The translations under genes were made by a program, and so were the position numbers. Below the pieces are notes generated by a model. That model was not told where the DNA came from and made no database searches. It was given only the letters and a program-made list of their open reading frames with translations. This document shows, piece after piece, positions 1 to 7,074 of a stretch of 32,000 bases of DNA. The DNA is from Allobaculum fili (GTDB lineage: Bacteria > Bacillota_I > Bacilli_A > Erysipelotrichales > Erysipelotrichaceae), in contig NZ_JAHDSX010000003.1 in NCBI RefSeq assembly GCF_020969955.1, forward strand, positions 79,470-111,469. Reading direction: 5' to 3'. Position 1 is the first letter of the stretch; every line of letters begins with the position of its first letter.

Positions 1-3000
1 GCCGGTCAAAGCATCCGCCAAATAACAGGGTCAGTTTCCCTTTGAAATGTGACTTCATCATAGCGTCGAAGCGTTCCGGGTCATTGGCAAGGGTGAATCT
101 TCGAAGTTCTTCTACTTCCTCGAGGGTCAGATTCCCTTCGTCCAGCTTTGATTTTTCTGTCTCGTGCAGTTTTCGGCTGGCCAGAGAAATGCGTTCCTTG
201 TCCTGAGGATGCCAGCCGAATACAAAATAAATATTGAAACCGGCTGTGTTGTTAATGATCCCGCTTAAAGGTCCGGCAGATCCGGCACTGAGATTCAGGA
301 TCAGATCCCCGTAATCGTCCACGAGAATAAACAGAGGCTCTGTTCTTCTTCGCATCTCTTTGCGGACGATTTTCAGGCTGGCGGCTTTTTTCCAGTCTTC
401 GATGCCTTTTTCCTTCTGGATTTCCAGGCGGATCGTTTTGCGCTCCTTTGCGATTTTCGCAAGCTGATTGACGAACGTGTTCACCGTCTGAGCGGTCAGT
501 TTTGTCCACTCGATTCCTTCTCGATGCGTTTTGGGAAGCTCAGAAGCACTCAGTCGAATCACAGAGCCCCCGCTCTTTTTGACGGCGGTCTGAATGGCGC
601 CCATGACGTAGTTCACAGCGTCTGGATTTCCAAAGTAGACAGGCAGGGTGCTCAGCTGCTGAAACGGCAGCGCAATCGGGCGCAGCCGGCTGCGGATAAT
701 TCCAAGCGGAATGCGTTCTGGTTTGAACGGCGCGATGAACTCCTCATACGTCTGTTCCGGATCGATCTGCGTCAGATGATCGGGCTCGGCTGCGTCTTTC
801 CAGATCGTATTCGCGGTTTCAATTTGCGAAAGGATCTGACCGTAGCGTTCGGCGTCATCGAGCTGAGGGTCGAGCGCGGCTGCCTGGAACTCTAAAACCC
901 GCTTGTCCTTTCGGATGTAGCCGCGTCCGGGAAGCGGATCGGGAAAGGCCTTCGGCCGGATATCCAGCAGATCCTGATACAGATACATATCGGTCAGCCG
1001 TAAGGGCAAAGACGTCTGAATGACGCTCTGCTGTCTGGCGGTCACATTGCGCACGTCCGCGACGAGAAGCATGAACTGAATGCCGAAAGCCGGTCCGTCC
1101 CTCAGCAGCCGAAGAAGCTGATCGAGCGCCTGACGGCCCTGTCCCCTGTCGGGGAAATCGTCAAATCCGTCAATGATAAAAAACGTCAGCGGAAGGCGCT
1201 GCACTCGGCGCATGGACGCAAAGCTCGTCCGGTTATACTGCGCAAACAGTTTTTTGCGTTTTTCGAGCAGATCGTACGCAAACTGAATGAGCAGGCAGAG
1301 TTCCTCTTCGGAAGGTCGGCTCATGCACATGCCGACATGTTTCAGTTGGGAAAACATGCCCAGTGACTTTCCCGTCAGGTCGGCAATATAAAACTGCAGA
1401 TCTTCCGGTGAATTTCTATCGATTGAAGTGAGAAGAATGGTTTCCGCCAGCCAGGTTTTTCCAGTTCCCGGCTCGCCGGCAATTAAAATGTTTCCCGCAT
1501 TGGCCAGATCCAGCGTATAGGGCAGCTGTTCCTGATTTTCCGGATCATCCGTCAGACCGATCGTTACCGAATAGGAATCTTCCGGCTGCTTCAGAGAGCT
1601 CAGGCTGATCTGCGGATTGAGCGGGTCGAGCCATAAGGAAGGCACTTCGATTCCCTTCTGTCTGGCCAGATCGGACAAATAGGTCACTAAGGAAACGAGC
1701 TGCGAGCGGCCTTTTTGCCGTCTGGTCTGAATCGGCTTGGTTTTAAAATACGGTTCGCCATTGGGATCGAGAAAAAGGATTTCCTTGTTTTCCGAAGACT
1801 GCGCTTCATCGGACGGCTTATACTCGGCGCCGGTCCACGCGGACTGACCCATCGCAAAGTACTCGTCGTATCCCACCAGCATGTAAAAGCGGCCGGTTTC
1901 CTTGATTTCGGCCGCATAAGGCCGGTTGATCATGTCATTGGAGTCGCTGCGGTCCTGAACTTTCAGGCTGACGCGGAATTTGGTGTTGCTTTTGATCTGA
2001 CCCGTGACGACACCCGCCGGTTTCTGGGTCGCCAGAATGAGGTGGACGCCAAGGCTTCGGCCGATACGTGCAGTAGAAACGAGCTGATCGAGAAATTCCG
2101 GATGCTGGTCATTCAGCTCCGCAAACTCATCGGAAATAATGAGCAGATGGGAAACCGGTTCGCTCACAACGCCGCGGCGGTAAAGCTGCTGGTAGCCGTA
2201 AATGTCCATCGTTCCTTCGTTGGCAATGGATTTGGCTTCATTGAATATTTTCTGGCGGCGCTTGAGTTCACTCTCGATCGATGCCAGAGCCCGGTTCATC
2301 GTGCTTTCGTCCAGGTTGGTAATCGTACCCGCAACATGCGGCAGCTTGATTCCGCGCTGCGGATCCACAAACGCGCCCGTAAGACCTCCGCCCTTGAAGT
2401 CGATCAGAATAAACGAGACTTCGTACGGATGATAGTTAACGGCCAGCGACAGAACGTAGGAAATGATGAACTCACTTTTACCCGACCCGGTCATACCGGC
2501 GATCAGGCCATGCGGGCCATGCTTTTTTTCATGAATATCCAGCTCAAACAAAGACCCGTCGGGATGGACACCGACTGGTGCAGCCAGCGTTTTCATCGGG
2601 TTGGAATCTTTCCAGCGCTGTTCAATATCGAGATGTTCAATACGGCCGGCTTTGTACATTTCCAGAAAGGTCAGCATCGCCGGCAGTTCTTCTTCCTTTT
2701 TCTCTTTGGGACGGCGGATATTGGAAATTTCGCTGAACGCCTTCATCAGAGCGTTTCTGGAAATCGAAGCGTCCAGACAGAACAGATCCGGCTTTTCCTG
2801 ATGTTCCAGCTGCAAAATATGAATGCCTCCCTCTTCGAGAGAAAAGACTTTCGTACACTCCTTAGGCAGGATGGTCGAAAAGCTGAAAATGCTGAAGCCA
2901 AGGTTGTGTCCGGCCGTGACTGCTGTCCAGAGCGATTTTGCGGATTCAAGCAGTTCCTGCGAAAAGGAGAAGACCAGATAGTACGGCGGGTTTTCCAGAA

Positions 3001-4579
3001 CCTGTTCGCGGCGGCCTTCCTTTTTCTGCGCTTCTTCCACTCGTTCACTCAGACGCTTGGATGCTTCGGCTGCATCGGCTTCGCTGGTAATAATCCAGCG
3101 AAACTCCTGCCGGTCATCCCAGATGTGGGGCAGAAATTTTAAAAACGGATTTTCCTCCAGCATATCGCGGTCCATGACCAGAATGATTTTCAGCTCTTCC
3201 GACGCATGCAAGTAGCAGATCTGAAACAGGAGCCGGTAAAACAAGGAGAGCTTTCTCTGCAGGCTGCCGCGCACGCCGCAAATGTAATCCTCGATAAAAT
3301 CGACTGTGATCGGCGCATCCGTCAAGGCGTAATCCTGTTCGACGAGCCCGTACATTTTGAGGGCCAGAGAATCTTCATCGACGCCAAACGATCGGGATGG
3401 ATACTGAATTTCACTTTTGAGCGGAACTTTTCCTTTGCCGATGCGCAGACGCAGAAAGTCCTGATGAACCGGTCTTCTTTCCCACAGCCGTCTACGGCTG
3501 GGCAGAAAGCGGAACAGATCGTCTTCCGACGGATTGTTTTCGTTGAGGTCCTGCAGTTCCATCGCCTGAACCGTTTCAATCTGATTCTGGATTTCACTGA
3601 GATATTCGTTGTAGCGAACATACCGGCGGTTTTCGTATTCTTTTCGTTCTTTCTCGGTAAACTTCGAAGTCAGCATGGGAAACATGACCGAACTGATCAG
3701 AGACGTGAAGTTTCCATTGAGCGCACTCATTCCGGAAAACACAGCCGGGCCGCCAAGGCGCAGCAGCAGAGGAATCTTGTTGGCGCTCATGGAAAGGGGC
3801 GGCAGGTCGACGGTAATTTTGACGGGATCAAAATGAAACGCACGTTCGCGCGGCTTGCGAAAAAACGGGATGCTTTCCCTTGGTTTGGGAAGAGAAGACC
3901 ATTCCTTTAACTGAATGGGGTCCGTCAGAGGCGTCAGGGAGCGCACGACCGTATGTTCGGTCAGGCTCTGGATCGATAAAAAGCCTAATCCGACGACAAT
4001 CAGACAGCCTGGAAATTCCAGACGGTCGCCGGCCTGAAGCGAACGCAGCGAAACAAATTCGCCGTTTACGCGCGTTCCAAACGAACTGTGCTCATCGCGC
4101 AGATGCATGCCCTCCGAGGAAAGATCGATCGTCGCATGCAGACGGGAGACGAGCGGATTATCGATTTGAATGTCGTTTTCTGACATTCGGCCGATGTGAA
4201 TCTGACCGGTGCGCGGCAGGAGAAAGTTTTTCATCAAAACGGTATCTTCCGCATCCTCGATCAGCAGAACCTGCAGCCGAATCGAACCGAATTCAATTTC
4301 AAAGGCTTCCAGATTCTGAAGATCCAGACTCGTCTGCGGCTGCGTCTGATCCCAGGCTTTCAGCCGCCCGTTTCCAAAAATGGAAATTCTCTGCTCCTTT
4401 TCGTTGCGTTCAAACCAGAGGTTGATGAAGCTGTATCGATCCGAAAGCCAGATGCGACTTCGTCCGATGGGGTACTGGGACAGAGATTTGACCGTGATCA
4501 GCTGCCCTTCATGAATGAAGTACAGATTTCTGGAGCATTCTGGTACCTGTTTTAAAGAGAGTCCCTGTTCTCGACCCAT
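1..4579 (-). CDS. essC: EssC/YukB-type type VII secretion ATPase (N-terminal FHA modules, membrane segments, three FtsK/SpoIIIE P-loop domains); C-terminus cut by the left window edge
   Basis: The ORF is absent from the supplied track because it is open to the window edge. My reverse-complement translation starts at ATG 4579-4577 (SD AGGAAG about 7 nt upstream) and reads without stops to position 1, about 1526 codons. It begins MGREQGLSLKQV. FHA motifs HIGR / SRLHA / TRVNG lie at aa 128-173. Hydrophobic segment: IPLLLRLGGPAVFSGMSAL. P-loop 1 is GLIAGMTGSGKSEF (nt about 2470-2500, in frame with 4579), with Walker B LLIISDEFAEL. P-loop 2 is ILIAGEPGTGKTW (nt about 1455-1480), followed by a third, degenerate domain. 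All listed minus-strand ORFs in 1-4579 are in other frames. Confidence 0.85.
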   Translation of the reverse strand, partial: MGREQGLSLKQVPECSRNLYFIHEGQLITVKSLSQYPIGRSRIWLSDRYSFINLWFERNEKEQRISIFGNGRLKAWDQTQPQTSLDLQNLEAFEIEFGSIRLQVLLIEDAEDTVLMKNFLLPRTGQIHIGRMSENDIQIDNPLVSRLHATIDLSSEGMHLRDEHSSFGTRVNGEFVSLRSLQAGDRLEFPGCLIVVGLGFLSIQSLTEHTVVRSLTPLTDPIQLKEWSSLPKPRESIPFFRKPRERAFHFDPVKITVDLPPLSMSANKIPLLLRLGGPAVFSGMSALNGNFTSLISSVMFPMLTSKFTEKERKEYENRRYVRYNEYLSEIQNQIETVQAMELQDLNENNPSEDDLFRFLPSRRRLWERRPVHQDFLRLRIGKGKVPLKSEIQYPSRSFGVDEDSLALKMYGLVEQDYALTDAPITVDFIEDYICGVRGSLQRKLSLFYRLLFQICYLHASEELKIILVMDRDMLEENPFLKFLPHIWDDRQEFRWIITSEADAAEASKRLSERVEEAQKKEGRREQVLENPPYYLVFSFSQELLESAKSLWTAVTAGHNLGFSIFSFSTILPKECTKVFSLEEGGIHILQLEHQEKPDLFCLDASISRNALMKAFSEISNIRRPKEKKEEELPAMLTFLEMYKAGRIEHLDIEQRWKDSNPMKTLAAPVGVHPDGSLFELDIHEKKHGPHGLIAGMTGSGKSEFIISYVLSLAVNYHPYEVSFILIDFKGGGLTGAFVDPQRGIKLPHVAGTITNLDESTMNRALASIESELKRRQKIFNEAKSIANEGTMDIYGYQQLYRRGVVSEPVSHLLIISDEFAELNDQHPEFLDQLVSTARIGRSLGVHLILATQKPAGVVTGQIKSNTKFRVSLKVQDRSDSNDMINRPYAAEIKETGRFYMLVGYDEYFAMGQSAWTGAEYKPSDEAQSSENKEILFLDPNGEPYFKTKPIQTRRQKGRSQLVSLVTYLSDLARQKGIEVPSLWLDPLNPQISLSSLKQPEDSYSVTIGLTDDPENQEQLPYTLDLANAGNILIAGEPGTGKTWLAETILLTSIDRNSPEDLQFYIADLTGKSLGMFSQLKHVGMCMSRPSEEELCLLIQFAYDLLEKRKKLFAQYNRTSFASMRRVQRLPLTFFIIDGFDDFPDRGQGRQALDQLLRLLRDGPAFGIQFMLLVADVRNVTARQQSVIQTSLPLRLTDMYLYQDLLDIRPKAFPDPLPGRGYIRKDKRVLEFQAAALDPQLDDAERYGQILSQIETANTIWKDAAEPDHLTQIDPEQTYEEFIAPFKPERIPLGIIRSRLRPIALPFQQLSTLPVYFGNPDAVNYVMGAIQTAVKKSGGSVIRLSASELPKTHREGIEWTKLTAQTVNTFVNQLAKIAKERKTIRLEIQKEKGIEDWKKAASLKIVRKEMRRRTEPLFILVDDYGDLILNLSAGSAGPLSGIINNTAGFNIYFVFGWHPQDKERISLASRKLHETEKSKLDEGNLTLEEVEELRRFTLANDPERFDAMMKSHFKGKLTLLFGGCFDR

Positions 4580-4765
4580 ACAATCACTTCCTAACTAAAT
4601 CTTCCCGATTTTTCCCTGTCCTGTCCTGCCTGCCTCGGCTTCTGCACAGAAAAACACGTCGGTACGTCGACGCCATCCGGCAAAACCGTCTTTATGGCCT
4701 GCCGAGCTTAGCGTTAAGCGCAGGTTCACCCTGAGACGGCTGGCGCATGAGGCTGGCGGAACTGG

Positions 4766-4918
4766 TCAGCTTTTCGCCCGGTATTCTTCGTGAATCGCCT
4801 GAAGAATCTGCTGTTCTTTTTTCTCTTTGACATTGTTCAGATAAATCAGAACGGCCAGACAGATCACAACGCCGACAATGGCAATTCCCAGGCAGATGAT
4901 TCCGATGGTTTTGTTCAT
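4766..4918 (-). CDS. 50-aa single-pass membrane micro-protein (MNKTIGIICLGIAIVGVVICLAVLIYLNNVKEKKEQQILQAIHEEYRAKS)
   Basis: It falls below the size cutoff of the ORF track. Its ATG overlaps the kinase TGA stop as ATGA (4915-4918). A GGAGG SD sits about 9 nt upstream, inside the kinase 3' end. The product is one strongly hydrophobic helix followed by a charged tail. Confidence 0.55.
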   Translation of the reverse strand: MNKTIGIICLGIAIVGVVICLAVLIYLNNVKEKKEQQILQAIHEEYRAKS

Positions 4919-6906
4919 TCGAGCCATCCTCCGTTTTCTACTTCTTCATGCTGGGTTTCGAGCAGATCCATCTCGGTATCTCCAGTCGAGCTGTCGTACT
5001 GCGCGAAAGCCTGCTGATAATACTGATCAAAGGTGTGGAACTCCCGGGCCGTAACCGGCGCCGCCAGCTGTCGATCGAGTTCCAGGAACGCGCGGCGTTT
5101 CGCATTGTTGTAATGACCGGGCTGTACTTCTTCCATGCGGGCAATGTTTTTTTCCACTTCATCAAAGCGGCCGAGTTTCTGGTTTACTACGGCCAGATTG
5201 TTCAGATCCTGATACGAGGCATAGTTCTGATTCACAATTTCCTGAAGAAGATCCGCCTCCTTCTGGAGATACTTCTTGTCTGGCGAATTTGAAGCCAGGC
5301 GCGAATAGACGCGAATCAGCCGCTGACGCATTCTTAATCCATACGCCTCGGGCAGTTTTTCGATCGCTTCTTCTAAAAGGCCGGCTGCTTTTTCATACTC
5401 GCCGACTTCCATTTTCCAGTCCGGAAGGCGGCAGTAAATCTGATACTGCATAGCCGGATCGGCTGTCTCCATTTTCAGCGCTTCAAGCTGTTCGATCGCC
5501 TGCGCGGTATTGCCCATCGCATGCTGGATCTCGCTCTGGGCAAGGACCAGATCGCCAGACGTCAGTCCGCCAGCCTGTGCCTGTTCCAGAACGGTATTCG
5601 CCTGATCGAAGTTTCCAAGATACGCCAGCGTGATGGCGTAATCGCGCGCCAGTGCGGCGTCGTCTTCCTGTAATTCGTAGGCTGAAGCGTAATTTTGCGC
5701 AGCCGGTTCATACTCGCCAAGCGCAAACTGCGACTCAGCCAGGTTTTTCAGCGCCTGCGCGAGATAGTTCGAATTTTTGGTAATGTCATCCATCTGCAAA
5801 ACGGTATCCGCCAGATACTGTTCATTTTCCGCATATTTTCCCTGCGCGATCAGCATGTCCGAGCGCAGCAGGTCCGCATAGCCTTTGGAGGAGCTGACTT
5901 CCTTGGCTTTCTGATACGTTTCCTGCGCCTGGGCATACTGTCCGTTTCGAATCTGTTCGGTCATGGCCGTCGTGAGATGGTCATACTGATCTTTTCCATC
6001 CTGCACGATCAGGTAGACCGAGAACGCGCCGAGCGCGATAAAGAACACCAGCCCGGCAGTACAGAGGGTTTTCAGCGTTTTGACGGTCTTTCGCCATTTG
6101 CGAATGCGGCTGCTGGATTCTTCCATCACCGACAGATCTTCCTTCATCTGCTCCGCGGATTCGTAGCGATCTTCCGGCTTTTGCGCGAGCGCCTTTTTCA
6201 GAATTTCCATAAACTCTTCTGAAGTTTTCGCGGCCAGCCCGTCCCATTGCGGATCTTCCGGGGTATAAATTTTTCCCATAGCCGCGTGATAGAGGGTGAC
6301 TCCCAGCGAGTAAATGTCGCTGCGCGGGCTGAGCGCGCGAAAGCCGGGCATGGATCCGTGTGCCTGGAACTGTTCAAACACCCGTTTCTGTTCGGGAGAG
6401 CAGTAGTCTGGCGTTCCGCCGATGCCTTCCGCGCTGTTTCCTTCCATCGACGCGTTCAGATCAATAAGAACCGCGTCTCCATTTTTTCGAATCATGATGT
6501 TGGCCGGCTTTACGTCCAGATGAAGAATCGGCTTTTCCTGACGATGGAGTTCGCTTAAGGCAGAGGCAATATCCATCCCCATCTGCCGCAGCTGCAGCAG
6601 TCCAAAGTTTTCGCCGCTTTCCAGAATCTTTTCGAGCGAGCGCCCGTCAATAAATTCCATGACGGTGAAAAACTTCCCGTCGACTTCGAGGTAATCGTAG
6701 ACGGCCGGCAAATACCGGCTTTTCAGTTTTTTCAGCAGGTTGGCTTCCATGCGGTTGGCTTCCTCATCGATCGAGGGGTTAAGAATCTGCTTTAAAACGA
6801 CATACCGCCTCAGGTTGATCTGATAGGCCAGAATCACCAGGCCGCCTGTTCCGCTCCCGATTCTTCCTTTGATCTGATACATTTTCGAAAGTTCCGCTGA
6901 TGTCAT
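4915..6906 (-). CDS. Membrane Hanks-type Ser/Thr protein kinase with C-terminal TPR-repeat domain
   Basis: Track ORF 4915..6942. Codon 6942 is TTG, so I prefer ATG 6906 (MTSAELSKMYQIKG). Kinase motifs seen: G-loop GSGTGG, VVLK lysine, catalytic loop HLDVKPANIM, DLN in place of DFG, GTPDYCSPE, DIYSLG, PEDRY. One TM helix follows (AGLVFFIALGAFSVYLIV). The remaining roughly 350 aa are TPR-like repeats (GQYAQAQETYQKA, GEYEPAAQNYASAY, GNFDQANTVLEQA, GEYEKAAGLLEEA). Confidence 0.85.
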   Translation of the reverse strand: MTSAELSKMYQIKGRIGSGTGGLVILAYQINLRRYVVLKQILNPSIDEEANRMEANLLKKLKSRYLPAVYDYLEVDGKFFTVMEFIDGRSLEKILESGENFGLLQLRQMGMDIASALSELHRQEKPILHLDVKPANIMIRKNGDAVLIDLNASMEGNSAEGIGGTPDYCSPEQKRVFEQFQAHGSMPGFRALSPRSDIYSLGVTLYHAAMGKIYTPEDPQWDGLAAKTSEEFMEILKKALAQKPEDRYESAEQMKEDLSVMEESSSRIRKWRKTVKTLKTLCTAGLVFFIALGAFSVYLIVQDGKDQYDHLTTAMTEQIRNGQYAQAQETYQKAKEVSSSKGYADLLRSDMLIAQGKYAENEQYLADTVLQMDDITKNSNYLAQALKNLAESQFALGEYEPAAQNYASAYELQEDDAALARDYAITLAYLGNFDQANTVLEQAQAGGLTSGDLVLAQSEIQHAMGNTAQAIEQLEALKMETADPAMQYQIYCRLPDWKMEVGEYEKAAGLLEEAIEKLPEAYGLRMRQRLIRVYSRLASNSPDKKYLQKEADLLQEIVNQNYASYQDLNNLAVVNQKLGRFDEVEKNIARMEEVQPGHYNNAKRRAFLELDRQLAAPVTAREFHTFDQYYQQAFAQYDSSTGDTEMDLLETQHEEVENGGWLE

Positions 6907-7074
6907 AGTCTTCCCTGCTTCCCTTTTTCTCTCTGTCTGCAAGGATAGACGCCTGCGCGCGTATGGTTTTGCCTGTTCGATTCCAATGGAAAGGAACGGG
7001 CTGCGTACACGCAGACTTCTGTCCTCGTTTTCTGCTTTAGCTTTTATTCCCTGCTTAAGCGTTTACTGGCCGGC

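Noticed and set aside
524-4555. Plus-strand track ORFs across the left 4.6 kb (524..895, 1715..3142 at 475 aa, 3206..3910, 3880..4425, 4196..4555).
   Set aside because: All are antisense to the continuous EssC reading frame. Their translations are low-complexity and Arg/Phe/Leu-rich with no motifs or SD sites, as expected for shadow ORFs opposite a real gene.
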